A DNA stretch of 64,000 nt from Camelus ferus (Eukaryota), in the NCBI RefSeq assembly GCF_009834535.1, contig NC_045697.1:60452001-60516000 (forward strand). The letters run 5' to 3'. Positions 28,741-42,300 of the stretch are shown piece after piece (within the stretch, counting starts at the first letter, position 1; each line of letters starts with the position of its first letter). The notes under the pieces are model-generated. The model worked only from the letters and a program-made list of their open reading frames with translations. It did no database searches and was not told the DNA's origin. The position numbers and the translations under genes were made by a program.

Positions 28741-30854
28741 TGAGGAATCAATGAAAGGGAATGCTGTTTTGTATGTTTTTGGGGTTTTTTTTTGTTTTGT
28801 TTTTAAAGTTTTGGGGGGAGCCCAAGTTTGAGGTCAGCCCTGGAAGACATGAGTGCCCTGCAGCTCCTCAGCCCCTTCCCCAACCATCCACCCTTTGTTT
28901 GATTTTGATAGAAAGAGTTGTGAGCTTCAGGAAGAAAATGTGAAGCTGTACTACTGCATTGTATGTTAATTTGTATGGGCACTAGCAATTGCTTTCAAAC
29001 TATTTCATAATTAGAGTTAGCAAAACTATTATTAAATTTAATCTTACTGATGACAGCAAATATTTCTGATGAGAATTTTATTCTCTAATATTTAAATCCT
29101 ACTAATTAGGAGAAGTGACATAGTTTAAAAATCTGCTTTATTAAAACTTTCTAAGTGATGCCATATTTCAAATTTAATAAATACAAATTTCTTATTTTTC
29201 ATTGTTCTAAAGAACCAATCTGACAACCATGTATATCACAAATAATCTGAAAAAAAATATTTGGATGCATAAGCAAATACATCATTGCTATAAAAAACTT
29301 AAAAATCAGATACTAAAGATCAACTGTTATGTTGTAAATAATTTTATAATATTAATATTGCTGTATATTTTATATATAATATACATGCTATGTATATAAT
29401 TTATGTATATAAAATTTATATGTATTGTGATCTATCATGTTGTCATTCCATCATGAAGGCTTTAATGAATCTATCTTCAGTAAAACACTGGTATTTATTT
29501 TTCTAATATAGCCTTTATATTCAGTAACCTTTGACTATGTTAAAATGCCTTTTGTTGAAGGAAAATTTAAGTTGGATGACAAATAGCCTAGAGTTATTTC
29601 ATGTATATAATTAATTGGGAGGTTGACATAGGCAAAATTGTTACAGGCTTAAAGTAATTCAGTTATACACATTTGTACTTATAAAGCACCTTTAATATCG
29701 AATAAAGGTAGGTACAAATTTATTCCAAAAGAAAATAATTTTTATAATTATGTTGTTTATTCTTAAATTCATTTCCATTCGATTAAGTGAAAACTAATGA
29801 AATACACTAAGCCTACCACAAGGTTATTACAAAAGTTGTTAAACATTTGTAAAGAAAACAGGGAAAAAAGAATTTATTCTTGCTTAAGATGCTACTCATA
29901 ATTGAGAATATAAGCTGGAATAAATGTTTATCAAGATATTTTTGTATAATATTTTTTAACTCTTAAAAATTCAAGAGTATCTATAATATCTGCCAAAATT
30001 TCAAAGTGCTTAAAATGGTTTTCACTACAAGTGATACAGGCATTCTTTAATTTAGAATCTCTATAGTTTGCTATTGAGACATAATTTTTAATTTATCATA
30101 CATATTTGGTAATGTCTGAAAATAAAAGGTTTAAACTATACAACATAAACATTATAGTTGAATTAGATCCTAGCATGAGTTCTAATGAGTCTTTTAAATG
30201 ATCCAAGGCTGTACAGATTTTTACAAAAGGTCAACCTCAAAACTTTTTACCCACATGCCTTAAAACCACAAGATGTTTAGTATAGTTCACTGTGATGTGA
30301 ATATAATGTCAAACACCATAATTCTTTAATGGTGTGAAAATATTTTATCAAAAAATAAAAGGCAGTGCTATATACTCTGTCAAAGGTGCCGGATTCTGTA
30401 ACCTAGCTCTTTTCCGGAAGTCTGCATAGCAGCAGGGATTATAGCTAAATGGCATTATGTGATTTTAATCTTAAATTTTTATTCCTTACATCTGTCTACT
30501 TTTTAAAATCTGTCTTTTCCATGTTACTCAAAATAAGCACATAAATTGTAATTAAAAAACATTAGAAATTAATTTCTTACATAAGAATAGGCCCTCTCTT
30601 TTCTTCAGTTTCAATGATACAGGAAATTCTGAGGTTTAAACAAGGAGACCACAGAGAAGCAAGCAGGCCTAGAAGCAAACATTTTCATAATTATCAACAT
30701 AACTGTGCCAGGTAAGTAACTAATGCTGGTCTCTGTTTTCTAGAACCCTGTATCTTCTCAAATTTGTTGGTACAATTAAGGGTTTATTATATTTCTAACT
30801 TTAATAGTATACAGTTTAAAAGAAATTACTTAGAAATACACAGATCTACAAACA

Positions 30855-31075
30855 AATATTGGGCTCTGAAGCTTACTCTTTGGGTGATATTTGAAAAGTT
30901 AATTTTTCTAAGCCTTGATTCTTTTGTTCAATGAAGACCTAAGAGATACCTTCAGTTGTTGTAATAAGGATTAAATGAGAAGTATTTAGACGTGTGATAG
31001 AAATGGAAATAAATATATAGTAAAGTAGATAATGCCTGGGACATAACAGTATTCAGCAAATTGTAGACATAATTA
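30855..31075 (+). mobile_element. MIR
   Basis: 'gttgttgtaataaggattaaatgaga...aatgcctgggacataacagtattcagcaaat'. Confidence 0.65.
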
Positions 31076-34000
31076 TGAAGTTGCTCTTTATATTCTTTTT
31101 GATAATTTAGATATCTTCTAAAACATTTTAACACCGTAAGTATTTATGTAAATACTTATAGAATGATAAGGCTATTCTCCTGGAGATATAAAAATATAAC
31201 CCCACAGAGCTAGCAAAATACAAACCCGGCATTCTCTTGAACTTAAGCCTATAGTCTTTCTCCTCACTCAGAAACACATTTGGATACAAGCTAATGTCAT
31301 GTTTATGGTACAGTCAGGTGCATGTTCCTCTATTGCACTGTATTCTGTTTTACATTTACAAGTAAGATTTCAATTTATAATGAGAAATTCTTCAGAATTT
31401 TTGAAGAAACTGGTTTCATCAGTAATTCCATTTCCTCTTCAGTTTGTCAGTGACCAAAACTGATTTGCAAAAACTTTAGTAGCATAAAGTGAAATGAGGA
31501 TATACTTAAAAAACAGTAATCTTTCAAATTACCCAGAAATTTTAAAGAAAAGGCAGAAGAAATCCAAATTGTCAGATTTTTTTTTTTTGCTAAACAAATA
31601 AAACCAACCAAACTGCATTTCACAGTAGCCTTTCTGTCCTCAACTTTTATGATTTTGTATTCAAATTAAAAAATTGAAATCTATCTGAAAGTTAAATTTG
31701 TCAGATTTACCGGTTAATATACCTTTAGTTGTCTCATATCCTTTCTCTTAATTTTGGTGACATTATTTCCATGAACCAGTATCCTCAAGGGAAAGCAATC
31801 TTAAGTGTTTAGCTACTGTTTTAAGTTGTACATGTGAAGCAACATTTTTCAATTTGGGGAAGTCAGTGGAGTCAGAATCCAATTTAACATTACATCTATT
31901 TATTGCAAACGGGCTTTTTTTAAATGATACGTTAGTAGAAACAGTGTCTCCAGGGCCTGTTAACTAGCAAAATATGAATTTTGGAGGATGTACTGCTTCA
32001 TTGTAAGACTAGAAGTCGGCTTGTGATTTAGTTTATGTTTAGATGTAGTGTTTGTCAAGCTTGGAGGGCATCACTCTCGTAAACGGCATCTGAGAAAGAA
32101 TGGAAGCATTTTTGGATGTTGCACTTGTAGGTAAATGCAATAAAATCTTGTGGGTAGGGTCAGGAACAGTAACCCTTTTATAATAATAAAAGGGGCATCC
32201 CTACATAAAGAAGAATTGTAACCAAAACGCCCAAAACTCTCTGAGAAACATGAATATGCAGTATGCTTTTGATTTAGAAATGCTGTGTCAAGCAAGTGAC
32301 AGAAGCTAGAATAAAATATGAAGCATCTCCACAGAGCTCTAACACAGGAGAAACTGTCAAAGCAGGAAGAGGTAACAGGAAAGGAATTCCAAGTTCTAAG
32401 GAGAGATACTGTGATGTGGAACTGCCTGGAAAGTGAAATGAAAGAAAGTTGAAAGACACATGACTTATTTTAAAATGCAACTTTTTTTTTTTTTTTGTAA
32501 TGAGGGGAGGTCAAATGATTCTGTAGACTGAACTACTTTACACACGGTGGCCCCTTAATTGTGTGTTAATGATAGAATTGCTGTGGTTGGAATAATGGTT
32601 GTGGTCGGAACAGAAGTTTTAAGGGCTTAAAGGAGATCTGAAGTAATGTAGTCTACATTTAGAAAGCTTATGTGACAAATGCTTCTGGGACATTTTCACA
32701 ACAGGATGGTGACTTAGTCTCTTCTTAAATTCTATTTTTCCAAGGGATGCATCAACTACTTGACTATTAAGATTACTTGAACAGAAAGTAGCCTCACTGT
32801 ACCTAAAATGAGAGGACATTTATTAGCTTCAGCAATTACTTTGGAGAGTAAGTAGAGCAGGAATTCTGATGTAATTAATCAAGGGCTTTTTGGTTGCTTA
32901 TCCTGGACTTTTTCCAGACTTTCCTTATCTGCCACTACTGCATTGTCATGAGTTCTGGTTCATCCAATCTCAGATAACCTGATGAAGAGCTTAACCCAAA
33001 TCTGTTTGTTGGAAAACATGAACTTTTTCCAAACTTGAAGCTTTTTTTAAGGAACAGTTTTGAAGGTTTGTAAAATTAGATACTGACATTCCAGTAAGCC
33101 AGTATCTGTGAGCCAGGATACTTCTTCCCGCTGCAGCATGGTTGCTTTTCTAAACATTGGATAGCATATCAGAGCTGACTAAGGTTGCAGATAGCTTACA
33201 TCTTATCAGAAGATATCAGAAAAGGGTAACGTCCTCCAACTTGGAGACTGAAGAGAAATCTAACTATCCTGGATCCTTTGGATTTGTTTATATTACAATC
33301 GATCAAGCTAGGGAATGTTCAGCTAGACAGGGGAGTGTAGAAATAAAAGATTATCTGTAACATGTCTTTCCTTTAACACACACATCAACTGTCCATCTAC
33401 AAGGCTCCACAAAAGGTGTATTTATTAGTGATAAAATCCGAGAGGCAATAAAATACTCTTTTGAGAAGAACAAATGAGATATTCATTACTGCTATTTTGA
33501 TATTTAAAAACCAATGTAATTGATTTTCAGAGCAAAAATCTATTTTTCAGAAAAGAGCATTAAAGGGCTTGACATAAATTTCAGGGTTTAGAGAATTTGT
33601 ATCTTTTTTCAATCTTGACCCTTAATGACAGAACATTCTCTTTATAATATGATACATCATTTGTTTGAATTAATAAAGTTAATGTCTTTTCTACTGGGGA
33701 AGCCACTCAGTCTCTGATGTAGTAATGGTCACAAGTAGGGTTTAGTGAGCTAAGGACAAACCCATAACTCCGTAATTTATTCTTCCACCATTTCCTTCCT
33801 CATTACATATTAAAGTATCATATAGATAGATATTCAAACAGTTTGTCTAACACTGCTTACCTTTGCCTGGCACAAAACACACAACAGAATGCTCTGTGGG
33901 CTAAAATCCAGACTGCAGATCTGGGAATTAAGTGTAAACAAGCAAAAAAAAAAAAAAAAAGCCCTATTTCATTACTTCCTAGAAACCTCATATGCCCATC

Positions 34001-34794
34001 CGAGACAGTCTTGGATGTGAGTTTTTGTAAGTAATAAAATGTTATTTTTTTTCCCCTTAACATAATCTTTGCCTCAACCATAACTGCTTATTTAAAAAAC
34101 CTAAATAATGATTTAGATTAAGCTAGAGAAGCCTACCTGGACTTTACTTTTTAGGCCCACACATTTGATGTATAGTAGTGAAAAATCCTGTCTCATTATG
34201 AATAGCTAACAAACCATTGAGATAAAACTACAAGATTCAGATTTATAAAAGTACTAAAAATTAAAGCCATCTACTTGGTGATGTGGTATATGGTACTTTA
34301 CACAGGGAATTCCAGTCAATATATTTCTCAATGGGTTTTATTTCTTGGGGTTCACTATTAAGCACCCATCCATCTTCCTATTCTAAATGCAAAATCGGTT
34401 AAGAGCTAGACAAAGGTGTCACATTGGTACCCATAAAAGTAAGAGTTTTACTACTGCTGTATGGATGAATGAGGGTCTAGGGCTTGGCTTACCTACGTTT
34501 ATGGCCACCATGAACTTCCTAATAACTCACTCCAAACATCAATCCTGTTCTTTGCAAGGAGCAGAATGTGTCACTGTTAGCTTACACTGTGTTCAAAAGC
34601 ACACTCGATCACACTTTGAATGGCAATACAAAGAGGACAGAAAACCCTCAACCATGCGTGAGCTACTATGCTGAAAAGACATTCATTATAGTTGTAAGGG
34701 AGACTTAATTATGAAGTATTGAAATGCTGTGTTGGGCCACTGAGTAAAATGTATAAATTCATATAAAAATGTTTTTGGGGCTCCCATTAAAAAC

Positions 34795-36100
34795 AGCAGC
34801 CACTGTTTTTTGTGCTTGAGAAGCAGCAGTAAACTGGGCAGACAAAAATCTCTATACTCATAGCCTACATTTTAATGATGGGAAGGTATATTACATAAGT
34901 AGAAAAAATATAGCTTGAGAATGGCAAATAGCAAGGAGAAAAACATGAGGTTTTGTATGGGGATATGTGATGTCTCCAAGGAGAGGTTTAAATTTTTGCT
35001 AGGATACCTATGGAAGATCTCTTTGAGAAAATGATCTTTGAGTTAAATTTAAGGAAGTGAGGGATGCCCTATGGATATCTGGAATAGCGAGTACAAAGAC
35101 TTAAGAAGAAGCGTGAATGCGTCTAGAAGTTGAGAGGAGGCAAGTGTGGATGAAATAGTGTGAAAGGATAGACTAGTAGGAGACAAGCTCAGAGAAACAA
35201 TGGAACCAAGTCACGTAGAGCCTTAGAGGACAAAAGAGAAATTTGAATTTTCCATGAATAAAGTCAGCAACTAAAGAGCTGTAAGCAAGGAAGTAATATG
35301 ATCTAACTTACTTTTTAATAAGATCAATTTGACTGCTGTGTCGACACCAGACTAACGAAGCATGAAGATGAAAGCAGGGAGACAATTAGGAGCCTACTGA
35401 AAAAATCATGAGAGAGATACTGATGGGTTGAAACAGAGGCAGCAATAGAGATGGTGAAAAGTGGGTATATTATGAATATAAATCCAACAGCATTATCTGA
35501 AGGATAATATTTGTCAAAGTGAAAAAGGAAAGTCAAATATCTTTTTTTTTTTGCACTGAATGAAGAAATTGCCATGAGAAAGAATGTGAGGATAGAGTTG
35601 TTGGGGATTGATGATGGATGAGATAACTATATTGGAAAAGGAAGTTTTAGAAGCCTACTAGACACTCAGGTGAAAATTTTAAGTGGTCAGTTGTATTTGT
35701 AACTCTAGAAATTCCAAGACAGATGCCTGGCCTAGAGATACAAATTTAAGTAATCAGCACTTAGATGCATGTAAGGGCATGCTATTAATGACACACATTT
35801 TAGGGAATTAGTATAGACATAAAGATTAAAATGTCAAGAGTAGAAGGCTAGGGAACTCCAATGTAAAAGAAAATGTATACATGGAAGTGACTCTGCAAAG
35901 GAGACTGAGAAAAACACAACCAGAGGAAATGATGCAAAAGTAGAGTCCTGGAAGCCATGTGCAGAGTATGTTTTCAGAAGAGAGTATTAAACCATGTTCA
36001 GTGCAGCTTGTATTTCAAGCAAGATTTGGATTGAACATTGACTGCTAGATTTAATAAGTGGAAGTATTTGCTAAGAACCATTTTTGGACATGGTTGTGGT
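34795..36100 (-). mobile_element. LINE-2 (L2a-like), about 1.3 kb
   Basis: Continuous antisense L2 text, e.g. 'aatatgatctaacttactttt...gcagggagacaattaggagcctact', 'gcctactagacactcaggtg' and 'ctgcaaaggagactgagaa'. Confidence 0.88.
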
Positions 36101-36169
36101 TACAAAAACCTGATCATCTCTTTCTACAGCAATACAAAGAGGAAGGAAATACATATTATTTCTCTGGAT

Positions 36170-36335
36170 AATGTAGTAATAGGATGGGTCTCAAAAGTTT
36201 CTGAGGTACATATTCTGGATTCTATTTCTTGATGGAGTTGGTGGTTATATTTGTGTTTTCACCTTGTGAAGACTGATTTAGTCCCATGCTTTTGGTTTAT
36301 GTACTTATACATATTTGTTTTACTTCATTAAAATT
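36170..36335 (+). mobile_element. Old L1 (L1MD/ME-like) 3' terminus
   Basis: 'ttctatttcttgatggagttggtggttat...ttttacttcattaaaa'. Confidence 0.6.
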
Positions 36336-36739
36336 TTAAAATTTACATTAGTAGGGAGAAGATAGAAAGTAACAACATTAAAATTCTCACGCTATTCCTC
36401 CTAACTCTCCTATCTTTGTTTTGCCCTGGGAGAACCTGACAGTCTGAATGTACATATTTGGGGTAGTACTTCAAATGCTCCTGTTAAGATACAATTGAAA
36501 GCCTCTTGTAGTTTCTACTAGTTTAGATGATGGATTCAGCATGTAGGTCTAGTTGCGTTTGTCATTCTAACCAGATGAAGAAGCTTTGAACAAATCAAGG
36601 AATAAACAGCTTTAGCTCAAGCAAGAAGAGTAGCGTGGGGGCCATCCATATTGTCAGACATCATGACAACTGTGGTAATAGTAAGGAATGACCTAAACTC
36701 ATCTATAAAATTACAACTTCTGAGAGATAAAAATACAGA

Positions 36740-37276
36740 TGTGGTAGGTAGAAGTCTAAGATACGCCCTCAAGGTTCCTGTCTCCTGGTGTGTATGCTCT
36801 GTATAACCACTTGCCTTGAGTTCGGGTGGCCCTGTGAATTATGTATATTCACTCTCTTGATTAGATTACATTATTTGACAAAGGTAATGGGATAGACATT
36901 TAAAAGACTATTATAGCAGAGTTAGAAGGAATCATCTTGCTGGGCTTGAAGATATAAGCTATAATATGAGAGGACTTATGGGAAGGGGAAGGTGGCAAAA
37001 AGAGTGGTGCTTTGCTAACATCTCCCAAGAAAATAGGGCCGTTGATACCAAAACTACAAAAAACAAAATTCTGCCAACACTCAGAAAGTTTGGAAGAGGA
37101 TCTCAAATTTGAGATGAAATTATACCCTCAGCCAATATTCTGATCTCAGACTGGTCATACCCTTAGCAGAGGACACAGATAATTCATTCTCAGAATCTTG
37201 ACCCACAGGCACTATGAGACAATAACTATTTTATGCCACTCTGGTAATTTGCTATTTACCCAAAGAATATGAATAT
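36740..37276 (+). mobile_element. MaLR solo LTR (MLT1E/F-like)
   Basis: Starts 'tgtggtaggtagaagtctaagat', contains 'aaattctgccaacac', ends with an MLT1-like 'ggtaatttgcta...gaatata'. Confidence 0.85.
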
Positions 37277-37544
37277 AATATATAGGAGTATTGATTTGAA
37301 TGTGTGCATGTTTACATTCTCAAGTAAATAATTATTATGTTAGATTCTCAATGATAGATGCAATCTTACGGAAAAAAAATTTAGTTTATCAGTTTGGTTA
37401 ATACCTGCATTTGACAGTTTCATTTTGCTTTTTTAGCAAGCTAACTTTACCATAGTGACTTAACAAAAACTAGCTGGTATGGGCACATTAATGAATCCAG
37501 CTGTGTATAATGGGAGAACTCAATGTCCACATTCAAGAGGTAAT

Positions 37545-38400
37545 TTAAATGCCTGCTTTATACCATATACAAATTTAACTCAATGCAGATGAAAGCCCTA
37601 AATACAAGAGCTAAAATTATAAAATTATTAGAAGAAGAAAAAAATAGGTGTAAATCTTTGTAACTTTTGATTAAGCAATGGTTTCTCAGACATTACAAAA
37701 AAAGTACAAGGAAACAAAGAAAAATAGATAAATATGACTTCTGTGCTTCAAAGGACACTATCAAGAAAGTGAAAAGACAATCCACAAAATTGGAGATAAT
37801 TTTGCAAATTATATATCTAATAAGGGCCTGGTATCCAGAACATTTGAAGAATTTTTATAACTCAACAATCAAAAGACAAATAACCTAATTAAAAATACAT
37901 AATGTATTTCTTCATTTCTCTAAGGCTGATATACAGAGGACCAATAAGCAGGTGAAAAGATGCTGAACACCATGGTTATTAGAGAAATGTAAGTCAAAGC
38001 CATAAAAAGATACCACTTTATACCCGCTAGAATGGCTATAATAAAAAAAAAACATAGGCAATAGTATTGGCTAGGATGTAGGGTAAATGGAATACTCATA
38101 GTTGCTTACTGAAATGTAAGACGGAGCAGCAATTGGGAAAACTCTTTAGCCTCTCCTCAAAAATTTAAAGTTATGTAATCCAACAATTCTGCTCTTAAAT
38201 TATGCGTGCAAGAGATTTAAAACATACGTCCACGCAAAAAACTTCTGCGCAAATGTTCATCAGATGATAAATGGATAAATGAAATTTGGTATACCCAGTG
38301 AGATATTCGTCATTCAACCATAAAAAGTAATCAAATACTAATACATGCTGCAACATGGATGAGCTTTGAAAACATTATGCTAAGTAAAAGAAAGGCCATG
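37545..38400 (+). mobile_element. Old L1 (L1MB-like) ORF2 3' region
   Basis: ORF 37667-37888 contains FCASKDTIKKVKRQ; later 'atacatgctgcaacatggatgagctttgaaaacattatgctaagt'. Confidence 0.9.
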
Positions 38401-38604
38401 TATATATAGTAAACCTTGATAAAGAATAGAGCCTTCACTGTGTAGGGACTGAATAATGTTATGTAAGGATATAAAGAAAATGAGGCCTTGCTTTGAAGTT
38501 TTACCCTTACAGGCCCCAAAATGTACCTCCCCCTTTAAATGGTCATACATACATTTCTATACTAGAGACTTGAAATGCACTAGCCCACTAATAAGATTTC
38601 TTCT

Positions 38605-38995
38605 ATGTGCACTAAAAAACATTTATGTTGTACCCTCTATTTACAAGGCATTGTGCTCTGCAGTCATCATCAAGGAGCTTAGAGATTTGGGGGGAATCCA
38701 GAAAAAATATATTCAATGAAATGTGATTATATATGATATATTATCTATACATGAGTGATATATGATATGTTTATATATGAGTAGGTAAATTAAAATGTGT
38801 TAAGTTACAACCTTTCCAAAAGTATGTATTGGGATAAGTCGGGAGTGGAGAGAAGCTCTGTTTCTTGAGACAGACAGTCAGGTAAAGTCAGTTAAGATGA
38901 AAAAAAGGAAAATTCGAGTCAAGAGAGTGATCAGTGAGTATAGACTTAAAGGCAGGAAATGTACCTGATATGTTTGAAAAACAATGGGTCTGAGT
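38605..38995 (-). mobile_element. L2 remnant
   Basis: L2-tail-like 'aaacatttatgttgtaccctctatttacaaggcattgtgct'. Confidence 0.5.
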
Positions 38996-41134
38996 GAATC
39001 AAAGTTCTCATGAAATGTTCTAATGGCAAACTTCCTTCACCCTTCCAATTCCCTGCCACCTGAAAAGGTTATCACATTCAGCCCGTCCTTGGTAAGGCTC
39101 CAGTAGGATCTCAAGCAGCTCTTTAGAGCAAGCCAGTAAGACACCATTCCTCTCCGCTGGGTACTAAGCCCTGAAACAAACCGCACCCAATACCTGGGGG
39201 CATCTTCTAATAATGTACTAGGCAACACATGTAACAACACTGAACTATGCTAAAGTTTATTTAAAATGTAACTGAGTGGATCTGTAATTCCACTTCTAAT
39301 TAAGAATTCAAGTACTTCTGAGCCTTATTTTTTAAGTAATCAGTTTCCTGTATTATCTACTTAATGCAAATGCTATGGGAGCAAAAGCACAGTTTTTTGG
39401 GGTTTTTTTTAATGTATTCTGGAAAGTCTCCTAAGTTATGGATAAATGGTGAATTGTAAATAATAGCAACAATGAGCATAGTTAATATTTACAAGGTTAA
39501 ACATTAAATGATATTGTCTGATGGTGCTGTCAGTTGTTTCTTTTGGAAAAACTTGGGAATATTTAGAATTCAGCAGACTGCATAAAACAAGCAATATGCT
39601 GCTGTTATCCTTACAACACTTTCTCCATTGGGATCTTCAATTTTATTTTTTCATGTGAATGGCATTAATAGGGGTTTTCAAACATTTTTGACAGCTACAA
39701 TTGGTCCTTAAATTCTTGTCATCAAAATGTCACTAATACTCAAATTTGCATATAAATTTTTGTTCTCCATCATATGCTATATGAATGAAGAAAATAACTG
39801 TTTGCTTTTCCAGCTAGATAAAAAGCATTTCAGGCAAACTGAATGTGTTACATTGATAGCAAGATATAGAAAAAGCTGCTGGAGTTGATGATCACCATGA
39901 AAGCACCTCTTGGGAAGAATCTGAAGATGTGTTTTCAGAAGTGACTGTTCCCCATAGTTGAGACACCACCAGCCTGGTAAGATTCACACATTCCAGTAAG
40001 CAGATTTTCTAAATTACCTCTTTACTGTATGACTCTCCCATTAACACAGCCACCTCCTTGTCATTCACACTGATGTAATGATCACCTCTGCAGTGTTTAC
40101 ACCCTGGGCCTGGCTGGCTGGTTGCCTCTTACTCTGTGGCAAGATTATTGATTGCAGATGCTTATTAAGCAAGTATGAAGCAATAAACCATGAGAGCTGT
40201 TGATAATTCAAGAGTAAACGCTAGTAATTATATAGGGATCAGGAGGATTATTACATACGAGCCCCTGGTAAATATGACTGATTGCTATTGCAGGGCTGTA
40301 GTCGTTTGAATTTAAATGTATTATTGTTTTTTTTGTTTTTATTGCATTTTAAATTGACAGGTTTTTAATGCAAATAGTCCATTGTACCCAACTGCCAGGT
40401 CCTGCTACTGTAACTTGATGATTAAAGGACAGGTGCAGCAGTTACGGTTTCCACTGCTCAGTCCAAAGTGAACCCACTATCTTTTTCCTCCAAGTGCACT
40501 TCTCTTTCATTGCCTTCTGAATGTAACACATATTGTGCCTCAGAATTTCAAGTCATTTTACTTTTGATCTGTTGACATCATTGTGCTACTTATAAAGATA
40601 CCAAATAGAATCATTAAATGACAAAATCTCTTTCCAATTGAACCCAGATATCATTATGTCTTCTGGTCTTTTTCATTTGTAAGTTAAATTTATTAAGACA
40701 AATTTTCAAACGGCAAAATATAATCAAACCTTAAGGAAAACTGTATAATGCCAATAGCCTGAAGTCTGAACTCAGCAAAGTGAACATATGCAGTAATTGG
40801 TTATTTTAAGTAGTCAGTATTGTGATTTCTTGAGGCATTTTAAACTGAGGAGGTAGACCGATGTCAGTTTCCTAAAATACTGATCAAAGATACTGAATAG
40901 AGGGAAGAAAAGTATATGTTTTATCATATGTTCATATTTAGCACAATTTTAGTTCCTTTGAAATATGCACTAGAGAATGAATTCGTATTCAGAATTGTTT
41001 AGGTTTGCTATTTTTAAAAACAGATCAAAAACATTCAACAGCTTCATGGAGCAGATGAATAAATAGATCCCCCAAAATGTAAGAAACTTGGCTAAGGATA
41101 GCTATCATGTCAAAGTTAAAACCGAAAGAACAAT

Positions 41135-41520
41135 TATTACTGTTGTCATTATGGCCAACACTTACTCATGACATTCCATACACAAGTTTTGTATCATTCT
41201 GATACTGAGATAACTATATAAATTAGGTATTCTTAGCAGGGAGGGTATAGCTCAGTGGTAGGGTGTGTGCTTAGTATGCACGAGGTTCTGGGTCCAATCC
41301 CCACTACCTCCATTAAAAACAAATAAAATAAGTAAAAGCTAATTACCTCCCTACCAAAGAACTGTAAAAAAAAATAAATAAAAAATAAATAGGTATTCTT
41401 ACAATCTACCTATACATAAGAGGGAACTTAGGCTAAATCAGTCTCTTCTCTGAGGATAGAGTATTCATAAAAGGAAGATCCAGTACAATTAATGTCTAGC
41501 TATAAACATCTTGCTTTTTA
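41135..41520 (-). mobile_element. MIR remnant split by a SINE insertion
   Basis: Antisense MIR-like text on both sides of 41236-41389. Confidence 0.45.
41236..41389 (+). mobile_element. tRNA-derived SINE (camelid vic-1-like) with a 12-bp TSD
   Basis: A box tagctcagtgg at 41248-41258; B-box-like ggtccaatccc at 41291-41301; A-rich tail; TSD taggtattctta at 41224-41235 and 41390-41401. Confidence 0.92.
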
Positions 41521-41574
41521 ATCTCAGGAACTCTTGGTCTGTGACTCTAATATTGTGATTCTTCCTTTAAAAAT

Positions 41575-42300
41575 GTTATTCATTCATTTATTCATGAGAT
41601 AATGATTACTATATGATGACACTATTCTAGATTCTTGGATAGATTGGTGATAAAGATGGGTAAAAATCCTTTCTTCACATTTCTTACATTATAATCAAGA
41701 AAACAGAGAAGAAAAATACATAATCCACTGAATAGAGGATAAAATAATAGAGTGATAGTGTCGTCAAATTTTAGTAGTATAAATAAAGAGATGAATAGGG
41801 AAGTGAGAAAACCCAAGGCAGTATGTGGGCCAGAGAAATCAGAGCCCTGAATCCAGTGGCTATTAAATTTGAGATTCTTACAGCATATCCAAGAGAAAAT
41901 ATACATTAGGTAATTGGTTATGGATGTCTCAAGCTACAACATCCAATATGGTCACTATTAGCCACATGTGGATATTTAAATTTAAATTAACTTTAATTAA
42001 ATAAAATTAATTCAATTCCTCATTTACACTAGTTGCATCTCAAGAGCTAAATAGGAACGAGGAGCAGTTAGCTACCATATTGGATAGTACAGACATAGAA
42101 CATGTTTGCCATTGCAGAAGTTTCAATTGAACAGCACTGGTTTACAGTTCAGAGTAAAGGTCAGACTTGGAGACTTTGAGAGTCAGAAAATGACTCAATA
42201 TATTCTTTTACTTGACCAACTGGTTAAATAGTGGTGCAAATTTCTGAGATGAGTGAATTAGAGAAAAGAAGTGGTTAATATGCAGATTGTGGACTAAAAG
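41575..42300 (-). mobile_element. L2 remnant interrupted by MER3
   Basis: (ATTC)n tail at about 41577-41595 and L2-like text on both sides of the MER3. Confidence 0.5.
41934..42139 (-). mobile_element. MER3 (hAT-Charlie MITE)
   Basis: 'tccaatatggtcactattagccacatgtgg...gctaccatattggatagtacagacatagaacat...ttgaacagcactg' matches the remembered MER3 consensus in reverse. Confidence 0.9.

Noticed and set aside
33078..33108. Hairpin agatactg...cagtatct as a structured RNA
   Set aside because: An 8-bp stem is expected by chance at this window size.
39814..39976. Plus-strand coding exon (ttttccag ... gtaaga)
   Set aside because: Stops in all three frames; no independent support.
41236..41312. Functional tRNA gene (also 59143-59218)
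   Set aside because: The tRNA-like heads carry A-rich tails and TSDs and have mutated boxes and stems, so they are SINE copies.
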